A DNA stretch of 64,000 nt from Eledone cirrhosa (GCA_964016885.1 OZ024748.1:5456001-5520000); one strand, 5' to 3'. Shown: positions 1 to 14,978, counted from the stretch's first letter. Notes: a model not told the origin generated them from the sequence alone. A program made the numbers and translations.

Positions 1-372
<372 letters not shown>

Positions 373-926
373 TATTATTAAACTATAATATAAGCTGATT
401 ATATTTTTTGCACCATCAATCGAGAGCACCCACCCTTTCTTCGACACTGAAAAAAAATTAAATGCACACATACTTACTCACATATTGCCGCCATTTCGCG
501 TTTTTTTTTTCTCTTTCGATTGAAAAATAATATTGAATAAAAATATATAGAAAATTATCAACGTATATTCGTGGGTGATGGTGGTGGTGGTATATATAGG
601 AAACACAGTGATGTGTGTAAGTGTGTGGGTAGCGAAATATAATAGGAATTACAAGAGTAAGGGGAGATGGAGAGCAAAAAATATTGAGAACTTTGATACA
701 TCCTAGATGTTTGGACAAATATAATATTTCATTTTTTCTCCCCCATTTTCGCTGGTCCCTTCTCATTGTGTTATTAAGCTTTATCATATTTCAAAAAAAT
801 AATCTTTCTTTCTTTCTCTCTCTCTCTCTTTCTTTCTTTCTGGCTTTATAGCACTCTCTCCTTCTATAAATATATATATATATATGTGTGTGTGTGTATA
901 TATATAAATATATATATATATATATT

Positions 927-1102
<176 letters not shown>

Positions 1103-1278
1103 TGTGTGTGTGTGTGTGTACGTACATATATATGTGTGAGTGTTTGCTTGTGTTTTAAGTAAATGTGGATATATTTTGATGTTTGATATTAGTTAACTAC
1201 GAGGGTAATTCGATATTATATTACGAAAAAATTAATAATAATAAAAATATCAATAATAATAATGATGATGATTATGAT

Positions 1279-1398
<120 letters not shown>

Positions 1399-3117
1399 AA
1401 GAAGAAAATGAAGTAGCAGAAGAAGAAGAAGAAGAAGAAGAAGAAGAAGAAATAACAGAATAGAGATCAAGAAGATAATAAGCGAATGAACGATGATGAT
1501 AAGAATGATAATGGTAATAATAATAATAATAACTATAATAATAAAAATAATATTAATAATAATAACAATGATAATAATGTTAACAACAACAACAACAGCA
1601 ACAACGATAATAATAATAGCAATGATTTATAATAATGAAAAAATATGAAATTAAAAAAAAAGTAACATTTTCCTATCATAAAATGCATGTTTATAAGAAA
1701 GTATGAAAATATTTGATCAGAAGGTGAAAACTGTGGACATCTTTGTTCTTGTTTAAGTTTTTGTTTTTGTCAAAAAAGAATTGGCAAATGGAAAAATTAT
1801 AATATGGTGATGGAGATGAAGATTATAGAAGGTGATGAATTTTTGGTAAGAAATTTGAATGGAATCTCTATATCAGAGATGATATTTTCATCAAAGTTTC
1901 TTATTTTTTCAATATATATATATTTTTTTTATAAATCGTTTATATAAGAGCCTCATATCGGATTCTATATTTTTAAACGAGTGTGTGGTTGGTTATCTCT
2001 CGCAGTGATTTTGCGACGCGGTTTCTATTCTTGTAAGAATAATTTCACATCAGTATTTGAATTGGAATAAGGAATTTTGAATTAGAATACAGGATGTGCG
2101 AACTCAAATTTAAGCAGTGTTTTTGTCTGTGTGTAAAAATCCATCTTACTCGACCGAAACATCCACATATTTCTCTTGCTTCAATAAAAAATTACAACAT
2201 CTTTCCATAAGTAAACGAATAAATCTCAGAAATTTATTCTTATTTTCTTGAAATAATCTCCCCATTTATATTTATATTTATTTATTTAGTTTCTAGAATC
2301 ACTAATGATGGCTGTTGAGTTTAACTTTCTCCGTCTTTCTCCCACGTCATTTATTGCCTTTGCGTTCGCCGAATGAGTTAGAAATAACAATATTTCCCTG
2401 GTGTCACATCTTACGTTCTTTAAAAGTGGAAATATTATATGTATATCGAGTATAACATAGCCACCAATAAAGTTTACTTTAAAAAAAAACCATTGGAAGG
2501 TCACGGTTTCAAAGTTTTGATCATAGGTTTACTTTATACGGACTGGCTAATGATTAAATGTTAGCAACAAACAAAATAATTTTTTTAAACTTTGGTATTA
2601 CATACAATAAGTGGTGTGTGAGGTATGGTTAAACTAATTAACAGTATTGCTGTTATCGATCACAATAGCAATCAAAATTAAATTTAATCTCAGGGAGATT
2701 TTAAAGCTGAACGCAAACAAACATAACCTGCAAAGCATTATGTCTGTCATTCTACAGATTATACCATTTATCCACCATCTTCGACAAAGTAGAATTGATT
2801 AGATCTATTATTTTAAATCCATAAACATGAATACAATAAATGCGAGGAATTCCTGTCGAAATATGCATCAATATTCGTTCCTGTATCTCTCACCATTCTT
2901 TAAATGTTCAAATATATAAACATATAACAAACTTCGGAAGACATTTATTTATTTATTTATTTATTTATTTATCTATTAATTTAGTTGTTTTAATTCGTCA
3001 CGTAGAGGGTTGTTTCCATATGTATCTTATTGCGTAGTGTTTGATAATTTTTTTTCCATCCATCTTAAATGTGACGAAAAGCACTGCTGGCTGAACGGCG
3101 GGAAACATTTTAAAAGT

Positions 3118-3249
3118 TCACACCTCTGTGGCAATGCCAGGAATAGAATTTCCGGCCAGAAGCTTGAGTAGCAGTGACTTCTTGATAAATTCCATCCTGT
3201 TTATAAAATTTTCTCTGGGAAGTTTTCCATCTTTGAAATAAAAACTAAA
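3118..3249 (-). CDS. Candidate terminal coding exon (FSFYFKDGKLPRENFINRMEFIKKSLLLKLLAGNSIPGIATEV*), gene unknown
   Basis: Strong minus-strand acceptor (ctcaatttgttttgttttttttcag) followed by 43 open non-repetitive codons ending TGA; could instead be a 126-nt internal exon with donor GAG|GTGTGA at 3124. About 1.4 kb of repeat-poor sequence follows downstream (possible 3' UTR). No homolog recognised. Confidence 0.35.
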   Translation of the reverse strand, partial: FSFYFKDGKLPRENFINRMEFIKKSLLLKLLAGNSIPGIATEV

Positions 3250-3392
3250 CTGAAAAAAAACAAAACAAATTGAGCCATGAAATTGAAGCTAAAAATACGG
3301 AAGTTACAAATACACAAATAAATAAATAAATAAATAAATAAGTTTTCCAACGGAAATACAGTCACATGATGAGATATAAATTTGATAATCTA

Positions 3393-3749
3393 TTACTTCT
3401 TTCGCCCACTTAATCCTCGAAATGTTGTGGAAGCAGAATCCTCAAAAACTCCTTTCAAGATCCTGTCAGAAGAAATCATCTCAAACCGATTGGGCTTGAT
3501 CCCCAAGCGGCACCAGTCAAGCTCGAGGATATTATCCAACCATCTTGCTCGGTGGCTACCCCTGGGCCTCCTACCAGTTGTCCGTACAATCTGTCCAGCG
3601 ATTCTTTTCTGAGACATCCTTACCACATGCCCATAGTATCGGAGCTGTTACCTCTCAGTTCGGAGAGGTAGCGGCTCTAATTGGAGTGATTCTCTGATAT
3701 ACGAGCTACGCACTCTATCGAGTAACGTTATTCCAGAGACCCTTCGATA
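3393..3749 (-). mobile_element. Decayed 3' fragment of an RTE-clade LINE ORF
   Basis: Translation YRRVSGITLLDRVRSSYIRESLQLEPLPLRTER*QLRYYGHVVRMSQKRIAGQIVRTTGRRPRGSHRARWLDNI matches the RTE C-terminal pattern (DRVR..IR, LR..GHV.RM, GRRPRG...RW.D.I); in-frame stop at 3648-3650. Confidence 0.85.
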
Positions 3750-3820
3750 TTCTATTTTAAAAATGTATTGATTTTCTTCATTTCTTCATATTTCTTCTAC
3801 AATATTCTCAGTAAAGTAAT

Positions 3821-4009
3821 TGTTTCTACATTTGGCACAAGGCCAGCAATTACCCAGTACATTACTGGTACTTTATTTTATCGACCCCGTAAGGATGAAA
3901 GGCAAAGTTAACCTCGGCGGGATTTGAACTCAGATCATAAAGGGACGTAACTCTATGCTTCAAAGCATGGTGTCCGACTCTCTACCGATACTGCCAATCC
4001 ACCGCCCTA
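3821..4009 (-). mobile_element. tRNA-derived SINE, family S1, full length with TSD
   Basis: A-box-like TGGCAGTATCGG, B-box GAGTTCAAATCC, central GCCTTTCATCCTTACGGGGTCGATAAAATAAAGTACCAG; TSD AGTAAAGTAAT at 3810-3820 and 4010-4020. Confidence 0.95.
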
Positions 4010-4144
4010 AGTAAAGTAATGATTGACAAAAATATTTAGACAAACACACACTCACTCATAGACACACGTACATACACACACATACACACACATACACACA
4101 CACACACACACACACGCACACCCACACACACACACACACACACG

Positions 4145-4187
<43 letters not shown>

Positions 4188-4241
4188 GTAGAAACAACCA
4201 CTACTATAAGGAAATTCGTCCTTTTGTTGTGCTGCTGCTGT

Positions 4242-4297
<56 letters not shown>

Positions 4298-4491
4298 AAA
4301 CATTTTCAACATAAGTGTAAAAATAAAGCCCCCCCCCCCTCCTTAATTATACAATTAATGCCTTATTATTGTGTGAATATGCACCACATATATATATATA
4401 TATGTACACACAGACGCATATATGTGTGTATAGATTAGATGTGCCTATATATAATACGCACACAAATTATATATATATATATATATATATA

Positions 4492-4546
<55 letters not shown>

Positions 4547-4548
<2 letters not shown>

Positions 4549-4740
4549 GGCGGTGGATTGGCAGTATCGGTAGAGGATCGGACGCCATGCTTTGACGCAT
4601 AGAGTTACGGCCCTTGCCATTCTGAGTTCAAATCCCGCCAAGGTTAACATTGCCTTTCATCCTTACGGGGTCGATAAAATAAAGTACCCGTAATGTACTG
4701 GTTAATTGCTGGCCTTGTGCCAATAGTAGAAAAAATTATA
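4547..4740 (+). mobile_element. SINE S1, full length
   Basis: Same head, central domain and tail as 3821-4009. Confidence 0.95.
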
Positions 4741-4835
4741 TATATATAATTATATATATAATTATATGTATAATTATATATATATATAATTGTATATATA
4801 TATATATATATTCATATATATATATTTATATATAC

Positions 4836-4867
<32 letters not shown>

Positions 4868-5304
4868 GTATGTATATATATATATATATAAGAAGAAGAA
4901 GAAGAAAAATCGCTGGCGTCTTTACGGGTCTTGAAATGATTTATGTATTGCAATAGGTGTCCAATTTTCATGCTCTGGCGATCACTGAAAAAATATTTAC
5001 AGTCTAAGGAATTGGTTTTAGGGTGCTGTTTGGAGAGTGAATTACAAGAGAGCGAGGTTGATGGGATAGGGTCTAAAACAACAACAACACCTACAATAAC
5101 AACCTAACAACAGCTACAAAATGTTGACCCCTGATAAAGAATGAATAAGGTAAAGGGTTATCTTTGAAGTGTACCCAAGAAAAACAGTTATATGGGCAAG
5201 AAATTGTGCATAATCTTTCTTTCATTAATCCTTTCGTTCTTCATGGATTTTCGCTGCTGAAACGTTAGGTATCGTATCAGCTATGTGTACCGAATGGAGT
5301 TGTT

Positions 5305-6040
5305 TGTGGTGTTGTTGTTGGTGGTGGTGGGGGTGGGGGTGGGCGTGTTGGTGGTGTTGGTAGTGTTGGTGGTGGTGGTGTTGCTGGTGGGGGTGGGCGT
5401 GTTGGTGGTGTTGGTAGTGTTGGTGGTGTTGGTGGTGGTGGTGGGGGTGGGCGTGTTGGTGGTGTTGGTAGTGTTGGTGGTGGTGGTGTTGTTGGTGATG
5501 GTGATGGTGCTGGTGATGGTGTTGGTTGGGGTAAGGTGGTTGTGGTGATGGTGGTGTTGGTGGTGGTGTTGGTGGTGGTGGTGGTGGTGGTGGTGGTGGT
5601 GGTAGTGGTGGTGTTGGTGGTGGTGGTGGTGGTGGTGTTGTTGGTGGTGGTGTTGCTGGTGATGGTGGTGTTGGTGGTGGTGAGGTGGTGGTGGTGGTGG
5701 TAGTGGTGGTGGTGGTGGTGGTGTTGCTGGTGATGGTGCTGTTGGTGGGGGTGAGGTGGTGGTGTTGGTGGTGGTGATAGTGGTGTTGGTGGGGGTGGGG
5801 GTCGGGGTGGTGTGTGTGTGTGGGGGGGGGGGGGGGGTAGTGTTGGTGGTGGTGGTGTTGCTGGTGATGGTGGTGGTGATGGTGGCGTTGGTGTCTTTGT
5901 AGATGGTGTTCGTTATTTGGTTGGTGTTGATGGTGCTGGTTCTGTTGGCCTTATTGTTGGTGTTGGTGTTGGTAATAGTTTTGGTGGTGTTGGTGTTGGT
6001 ATTAGTGTTGGTGGAGATGGTGTTGGTGTTGGCGGTAGTG
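5305..6040. repeat. (GGT/GTT)n degenerate trinucleotide tract
   Basis: Direct inspection. Confidence 0.9.
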
Positions 6041-6479
6041 CCGGCATTAGTGATTTCTTCTGACTGATGGATGTCTGGAACATATAGAGATTGAGAAGGA
6101 AAGGGGATAAAAGGAATACAGAGAAAAAGAGAGAGAAAGAGAGAGAGTGTGTGAGTGAGTGAATGACAATGTGGAGAGAAAAGAAAATAGACAACTTATG
6201 GAAGTGTGGAGATGGTCTGAAATGTTAGAAATGAAGAGAAAACAAAGGCTATGTGAGAGAGGGAGTAAAGCGTAATATGGAGAGGGTGAGACTATTGAGA
6301 GAAGGACAGAAGTTCGGGATCAATGAAGAGTGATTGAAGACGGAGTTATATATGGAAAGAAAAGAAGTCGGTGAAAATATTGCATATAGAGCCCGAGAGA
6401 GGGAGGGATGAAGAAAGGAAAGAGTGATAGAGGGAAAGAGGATGGAGTGATGTGGAGAGAGAGAGGGAGAAATAGATGA

Positions 6480-6860
6480 GAGTGATGTGGAGAGAAAAGG
6501 GAGAGAGAATGAGTAATGTGGAGAGAGAATGGAGAGAGAAGAAGGAGTGCTAGAGAGAGAGAGAAGGAATAATGTGGAGAGAGAATGGAGAGAGAAGGAG
6601 TGCTAGAGAGAGAGAAGGAGTAATGTGGAGAGAGAATGTAGAGAGAAGAAGACGTGCTAGAGAGAGAGAGAAGGAATAATGTGGAGAGAGAATGGAGAGA
6701 GAAGAAGGAGTGCTAGAGAGAGAGAAGGAGTAATGTGGAGAGAGAATGGAGAGAGAAGAAGGAGTGCTAGAGAGAGAGGATAAAGAGTGATGTAGAGATA
6801 CGGTGGAGAGAGAAGGAGTGCTAGAGAGAGGTGTGGAGTGATGTGGAGAGATGATGGAGA
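6480..6860. repeat. Purine-rich minisatellite, unit about 53-56 bp
   Basis: Repeated GAGTGCTAGAGAGAGAGAAGGAGTAATGTGGAGAGAGAATGGAGAGAGAAG. Confidence 0.9.
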
Positions 6861-7362
6861 GATAAGAAGGACTGCCATTGAGAGATAGGAGGCTATGAAA
6901 ATAACACTTGCCCAAGATACTCTGCCGTGCAACCGAGGAATGTTTCGGATATGTTGTCTGTAGGAACACATTATCGAAAGTCCTCTTTTTAGAAAAGTAG
7001 CTTATGATTTGAGGGCCTTTTGGCTGCCATCTTTGAAACCAAACAGCCAGATAGAACGACCTTAGCTTCTAAATTGTATTGTAGTTATTTTTGTTGTTGT
7101 TGCAGTTGTTTCTGTTGTTATTTAGTCAAATATAGTCCAACCTAACCATTTAACCAAATTATCAAAGTCTATCCATTTGTGACCTTCCAGCATATTCATT
7201 CACAAACTGGAACCAGGAACGCGTTATGCAATAATTTCATTTCTTTGACTGGAGATTACCATTCAAGGGAAATTTGCTGACATTTTTATCCGGTCAAATT
7301 ACCATATAGACGATCCCTAAATTAGATAATTTGAAGTGGTACCAGAATATCATGATTCATCA

Positions 7363-7405
<43 letters not shown>

Positions 7406-7470
7406 GTTAGCTAATTCCAAAGGAAAAAAGAGTGCTCTATGTATAGAACAGAGCTATTTAATAAGCTATT
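7406..7470. mobile_element. Short (TA)n-embedded insert, family E terminus
   Basis: GAGTGCTCTATGTATAGAACAGAGCTATTTAAT recurs in reverse complement at about 57600-57670 and in diverged form at 43641-43675. Confidence 0.7.
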
Positions 7471-7669
7471 ATATATATATATATATATATATATGATTTC
7501 ATATACACCCTTATGATCTTTAAATTGGTGTTGTTAGTTGTGATTGTGATAGAGTTAATGTTGTTAGTATTAGTGCTTGTGTTGCCTGATTGCGTTAGTA
7601 GTGGCGATGGTATTTCTGCATAAACTGGTAGTGTTGTTGTTACTGTGTCGTTGTGATTATGATAGTGTT

Positions 7670-7965
7670 GTTGTTGGTAGTATTAGTGCTTGTGTTGGTA
7701 GATGTGTTGGTAGTATTATTACTTGTGTTGGTAGAGGTGTTGGAAGTATTAGAACTTATGTTGGTAGAGGTGTTGGAAGTATTAGTACTTATGTTGGTAG
7801 AGGTGTTGGAAGTATTAGTACTTATGTTGGTAGATGTGTTGGTAGTATTAGTACTTGTGTTGGTAGATGTGTTGGTAGTATTAGTACTTGTGTTGGTAGA
7901 TGTGTTGGTAGTATTAGTACTTGTGTTGGTAGAGGTGTTGGAAGTATTAGTACTTATGTTGGTAG
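7670..7965. repeat. 33-bp minisatellite
   Basis: Unit TGTTGGTAGTATTAGTACTTGTGTTGGTAGATG, about 9 copies (VGSISTCVGRC in the ORF track). Confidence 0.92.
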
Positions 7966-9134
7966 ATCTGATGTCGATGCTAGTCGTGGTTGTGGAAGTA
8001 GTGGCGATGGTATTCGTACTTGACCTAGAAGTGTTGATGTTTGTGTGTAGTTATGTTTGTGATATTGGTGTTGTTAGTGTTGGTAGTAGTAGTAGTAGTG
8101 GTTGTGTCGTAGTAGTGTTATTTGCGGTAGATTCTGTCATTTTGTTGATAGGGATTTTGGTGTTTGTGATAAAGTTACTGATGATTGCAATGGTAGTATT
8201 AGTGGTAACCAGGGTAGCTAAATTTGTGGTTGTAGTGTTAGTATCGGTGTTATTGATAGGGGTTGTGTTAGCTCTGATTGTGGTAGCAATGGTCGTGTTT
8301 GTGGTGGTAGAAGTGGTAGTGACGTTGCTGCTGAGTATTGTGATATTGTTAATTGGAGGTACATATTTCAAACGTGATAGTGGCGGGGTTATGGTATTAA
8401 CGGTGGCGTTGGTTGTGAGAGTATTGCTGGTAATGGTAGTGGTTGTGTTGAGACAAGGTTTCTGGTGATACTGATAGGGTAGTTAGTGGTGGAAGTTTTA
8501 GTTGTAGTGATGACAGTAGTAATAATAGAGGAAGGAATGGTATGGGTGGCGGTGGTGGTGGTGGTGGTGTGGTGGTGGTGGTGGTGGTGGTGGTGGTTGG
8601 GGTAGTAGTGGTAGCAGGGTCTGGTAGAGGTGGCAGCAGCAGTAGTAGTGGTGGTGGTGCGTTCGTACGGTGGCTGTGCTGTGTATTAGAGCTTTCCACG
8701 CCATGCTTGATTCGACATCCATGCTTGGCTGATCAAAGGGAAAATATCACCCCCTTCTCCTTCCGTCCTACTCCGCCACTACCACCACTATTTCACTACA
8801 CTCCAATCCACTCCACTGCACATCACAGAACCCCAACACCGTCTCCATCACCACAGCCTACTCCACCACCGCCAAACTACCAGCATCACTGCCAATACCA
8901 CCATATAAAACCACCACCAACAACAACAGCACCGACACCACCAAAAACAACACCACCACCGCACCAACAACAGCAACATCACCATCAACACAACCACCTA
9001 CACCACCACCACTACATTACCAACACCAACATCACCACCACCACCACCACTCCAACAGTAACATCATCATCAACATCAACACCAACATAACCAAAAACAA
9101 CACCACCACCACACGGCCAACAGCAACATCACCA

Positions 9135-9480
9135 ACATCACCATAAAACCACCAACGCCACTACACCACCACCACCTGACACCACCACCAACATCACCAC
9201 ACCACCACCACCACCAAGATCACCATAAAACCACCAACGCCACCACACCACCACCACCTGACACCACCACCAACATCACCACACCACCACCAAGATCACC
9301 ATAAAACCACCACCGCCACCACACCACCACCATCTGACACCACCACCAGCATCACCACACCACCACAACCACCAAGATCACCATAAAACCACCACCGCCA
9401 CCACACCGCCACCATCTGACACCACCACCAACATCACCACACCACCACCAACATCACCACTACCACCACAACCACCACCA
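9135..9480. repeat. ACC-rich minisatellite, about 75-bp unit
   Basis: Recurring CACCATAAAACCACC...CTGACACCACCACCAACATCACCACACC. Confidence 0.85.
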
Positions 9481-9777
9481 CCACCACTACGTCTCTATCT
9501 CAGTGACCCTTCCTTTCTCATGCTGATCTTCACTCTTTCTCCTTCCTTGATATTGTTACTCTCTCTTCCTCTTATACTCTCTTTCTCTGTCGCCCCCTCT
9601 CCCTTCCACTCTCACTCAATATCATTTCTTTCTTTCTCTCTCTTTCTCTCTATATATATATCTCTTTCTTTCTCTTTCTCTCTATATATATGTCTCTTTC
9701 TTTCTCTCTCTCTCCCACTCCCTCTCCCTTCCTCTCACTCTATACCATTTCTTTCTCTCTCTCTCTCCCCTCTCTCT

Positions 9778-9810
<33 letters not shown>

Positions 9811-10391
9811 ACCCCCCCCCCTCTCTCTCTCTCTCTCTCCCTATTTTCATCCCCATGTCACAGTCATATATAATTCTCTCTTTGTCCTTATTTCTCACTC
9901 ATTCTCTCCCGCGCTCTCCTGTGTGTGTGCACATATATATATATATATGTGTGTGTATGGGTGTGTGTGTCCCTGCGTGTGTCACTGCGTGTGTATGTGT
10001 TTGTATGTATATATATACACACACACACACACACATATATATACATATATGTATATATATATACACACATACACACACATCCATCAACCAGGACTCACGA
10101 AACCGTCTTCATCCGAGCTTGCTTTCTTTCATTCAATTCACTGCAAGACTGCATCTAGTTTTGTATCAACGGCTTGGATACGTAGGAGGGGTGGCAGAAG
10201 AGGGTGGCGGCGTGAGGTGGGAGGAGAGGGTGGTGGGGTGAGGTGGGAGAAGAGGGTGGCGGCGTGAGGTGGGAGGAGAGGGTGGTGGGGGTGAGGCGGG
10301 AGGAGAGAAGGGTGGAGTGATGTAAGAGGAATAAGAGGGGGAGGAGACGGAATAAAGAGAAATAAAGAAAGAGGGAGGAGGAGGAAGAGCA

Positions 10392-10422
<31 letters not shown>

Positions 10423-10509
10423 AAGAAGAAGAAAAATAAGAAGAAGAAGTAGAAGTTTAATGAAAGAAATAAAATATGAAAAATGTTGATCACATCACCA
10501 GCATTATTA

Positions 10510-10689
10510 GCAGTAGCAGTAGTAGTAGCAGTAGCAGTAGCAGTAGTAGTAGTAGTAGTAGTAGTGGTTGTGGTAGTATTAGTATTGTTAGTAGTAGTGG
10601 TTGTGGTAGTAGTAGTATTAGTAGTAGTAGTAGTGGTGGTTGTAGTAGTAGTAGTAGTAGTAGTGTTGGTGGTGGTGGTAGTAGTAGTA

Positions 10690-10741
<52 letters not shown>

Positions 10742-10799
10742 AGTGGTAGTTGTTGTAGTAGTAGTAGTAGTAGTAGTAGTGGTTGCGGTAGTAGTTGTT

Positions 10800-10833
<34 letters not shown>

Positions 10834-10856
10834 CAGTAGTAGTAGTGGTGGTGGTG

Positions 10857-10911
<55 letters not shown>

Positions 10912-10941
10912 CAGCAATAGTAGTGGTGGTCGTAGTAGTAA

Positions 10942-10972
<31 letters not shown>

Positions 10973-11303
10973 GGTGGTGGTGATGGTAGTGGTAGTGTTG
11001 GTGCTAGTGGTGGTGGTGGTGGTGTTAGTGGTGGTGGTGGTGGTGGTGGTGGTGGTGGTGGTGGTGGTGGTGGTGGTGTTAGTGGTGGTGGTGGTGGTGG
11101 CGGTGGTGGTGGTGGTGGTGGTGGTGTTGGTGCTAGTGGTGGTGGTGGTGGTGGTGGTGGTGGTGGTGGTGGTGGTGGTGGTGGTGGTGGTGGTGGTGGT
11201 GGTGGTGGTGTTAGTGGTGGTGGTGGTGGTGGTGGTGGTGGTGGTGGTGGTGTTGGTGGTGGTGGTGGTGGTGGTGGTGGTGGTGGTGGTGGTGGTGGTG
11301 GTG
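10510..11303. repeat. (TAG)n/(TGG)n compound microsatellite
   Basis: Direct inspection. Confidence 0.97.
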
Positions 11304-11716
11304 GGGACAGCTGCCGTCTGCTATATCAGTTTCCTCGATGAATGAAAGTAAGAAGAAAAAGTGAGAGACGTGAAAAGAAAGAAATACATGAAAGGAAAGA
11401 GAGAGAGGAAACAGTGGGAGTGAGAAAAAGTAAGAGAGGGGGGGGGGGGGAGATAGATAGATAGAGAGAGAGAGGGAGGGAGAGATAGTGGGTGAGGGAG
11501 TGGGAGGGGGAAAGGGGTAGTGTGTAATCGAATTACAATGTGTGAGAGAAATGATGATGATTATGGTCTTGATCTTGATGATGATGATGATGATCGTAAT
11601 GACATTTTATGATGTTGATCATGATGATGATGAGGAGGCGACGGTTATAAGGATGATGATGATGGTGGTCAGGATGATGGTGATGATCATGGTGATGATG
11701 GTGATGTTGATATTGT

Positions 11717-11757
<41 letters not shown>

Positions 11758-13538
11758 ATCATCATCATCATCATCATGGCGATGATGTTTATGGTGATGA
11801 TGTTTATGATGGTGATGGTGATGATGGTGATGCTGATGATAATGATGATGGCGATGATGTTTATGTTGGTGATGGTGATGATGGTGATGGTGATGAATGA
11901 TAATGATGATGACGATGATGTTTATGTTGGTGATGGTGATGATGGTGATGCTGATGATAATGATGATGACGATGATGTTTATGTTGGTGATGGTGATGAT
12001 GATGATGATTGTAGCCATAATGACGAGGAGAGATAGATGCGGTTGACAGAAGTTCGAATGCAAAGGTAGAAATGTGGAAAGATAAATTTGAGCCTCCGTG
12101 AGTGAAGGTTTGAGAAAGGAGTCAATATTGGAAGGGTGGCCCCATAAATATAAGATTTAAGAGGGTGTGGAGAGAGATAAATAGGGGGCTGAGGTATATA
12201 GACAGAAAGAGAGGGGGTGAAAGAGAGAGTGGGAGAGAGCGGGGAGAGAGAGGGGGGAGAGGGGGGGATAAATAGGGGGTTGTGGTATACAGACACATAG
12301 AGGGATGGAGGGGGAGAAAGACTGATGATAGAGAAACGGGTAGATAGAAAGAGAGAGAGAATAGAGGGAGTGTGTAATGAAGAAGAAGAAGAAGAAGAAG
12401 AAGAAGAAGAAGAAGAAGAAGAAGAAGAAGAAGAAGAAGAAGAAGAAGAAGAAGAAGAAGAAGAAGCGAGAGAGAGAAAGAGAGAGAGAGAACCAGAGGG
12501 AGAGATAGAGAGAGAAATAGAGAGAGAGAGATAGAGAGAAAGAAAGAGAGGGAGAGATACATAGTGAGAGAGAGCGAGAAAGAAAGAGAGAGAGATAGGG
12601 AGAGAGAGAGAGAGTCAAAGGAATGGAAATGACAGGGACATGAAGGAAGAGGGGGAAGAGAGAGTGGGAGAGAGTTAGAGAGAGACAGAGATATGTAGTG
12701 AGAGAAAGAGAGAGAGAGAATTTGTATAATAGAAAGGGAGAGAAAGAAAACATGCAAAAGAAGAGGTGAGAAAGTGAGAGAGTGTGAGAGAGCAACTGAG
12801 GCATAGAAACAAGGGAGGGGGGTTGTGAGGGAGAGAGAAGATGGTAGAGAAGTGCTGAGATTGAGAGACTATGCCAGTGTCAGAGAGATGGTGTAATAGT
12901 GAGAGAGGGTGAAGAGAGTGTATGTGTAAGAGTGAGAGAGTGTGTGTGAGAGAGTTCAAGAAAGAGATTTGGTCATTTGCAAGCATCACATTTGTACAAC
13001 ACAAAGAACATAGGCCGAACAAATGAGGAAGCCCTTACATAATGATTTACCATGCTAGAAATAGAAGCTAAATCTCCATTAATTGACACCAAATCCGTAC
13101 AAGGGAGAAAAAATCAGACACAAGATATATTACTTAAGTTAGGACTTAGAGATAGCTACTTCATTGATCATTCATATATGATTTGGGAACGGAGAATAAA
13201 CACATGTAGCTGCTAAAGCTTTTGCAATAGCCAGTGATAGGGCTTAAAAGAAGATCTGAGGTATTTCCTAACTGTCGATCAAGAAAGAGAGTTCTCTTGA
13301 GAAAATTTCAGCCTGTATATATCCTGATCCATGGAACACATTCGAATAGACTCGAGGAATATATGTATTATAATGGAGTACTCACATTACAATTTAGGGG
13401 GGTAGGATGTAGAAAATGTAACATTTTCGATTACGTGACTTTCACGACCAATAAGAATCAACATCAACAGCGATCGGGTCTTTTTCTCCCAATTTATTAT
13501 TGAATTATATATGTAAATAAAATTATGGTCAAAACGAA

Positions 13539-13570
<32 letters not shown>

Positions 13571-13590
13571 CCTCTCTCTATCTCTCTCTC

Positions 13591-13626
<36 letters not shown>

Positions 13627-14907
13627 CATATATATATATATATATATTATGTTATGATATTGTCTTGCATTAAATGTACTCAAACATGGCTACCCAAATA
13701 ATACTAATACTAATACTGATACTACTACTAATAATAATAATAATTGATGATGATGATGATGATAACGATGGTGAGGATGGTGTACTTGATGATAGAGAAT
13801 AATTATTAAACAACAATTAATTGGGATAATTACAAAGAAAGATATTCAACTAAAAAAATGTATAAATTATTTAATCACCTTCAAAAAAAGTGTTACGTTA
13901 AAATTTTGTAAATATTTTTTCATGAACGCCATTTTGAATAACTCTCATTATTGATTCATATTAAATTTATTAAATCATTTTAAATTATTTGTGTATCAGT
14001 GAGAGTGTATGTTTCTGTTTATATATAAGCATGTACATGTATGTATTATGTATGTACATGTATATAAGCATGTACTTGTATGTACATGTATGTATTATGT
14101 ATGTATTATGTATGTCTATAAGTATTTATGTATATGTATGTATATGTGTGTATGTATGAATAAATGTATGTTCATATACGTGACTATGCATATGTGTATT
14201 AGTACATGTATTTACATGTATGTATATGTGTTTATATTGTTTGTATGTCTGTGTATATGTATATATTGTTTTGTCCTACTTTGGATCTGAGAAAATACGC
14301 TCTGTTTTCTTCAGTATAGTATATCAAGGAATATATTTTTGAATGTGCTCTTATTTTACGAAAAATTATTTGTAAAGAAATTTAGTTATTTTATTTTACA
14401 TAGTCCTCTTTCATTCATATGATCAAGCTTAAGTATAGTTAACATCTTTCCAGTTTTGACAAACCCATCTTTTTTTACATTTGCTCACAGTCTATATTAT
14501 TTGCTGCTACTGTCTTTATTGTTGATGTCACAGTTTTATTGTTGTATATTCCTGGCTCAAGCAGACACGTGGCTAAATGTATTCTATCCATGACGGTCAC
14601 CTCCATATAGAACTATTTAGAACTACATATAAATTGTTTTCTACATGTGTATACAACATGCTGGTGCTACTCGAGGAAGGGTAGTGATATAGTTTAGGGA
14701 AGAGGCAGAACGGAAACAAACAACACTTCGGTGCTTCATCTAATGTTGTACGAAATATATAACAATAAAAATCTAAATAAAAAATGAACAAGAATTAATA
14801 ATAAATAACAAAACATAAAAGTGATTCAATGATCATTTCAATTTGAAACAACAAAAACAAAGGGAACAATATTTTTTATAACAACAATATCATTAATAAT
14901 AATCCTG

Positions 14908-14978
<71 letters not shown>

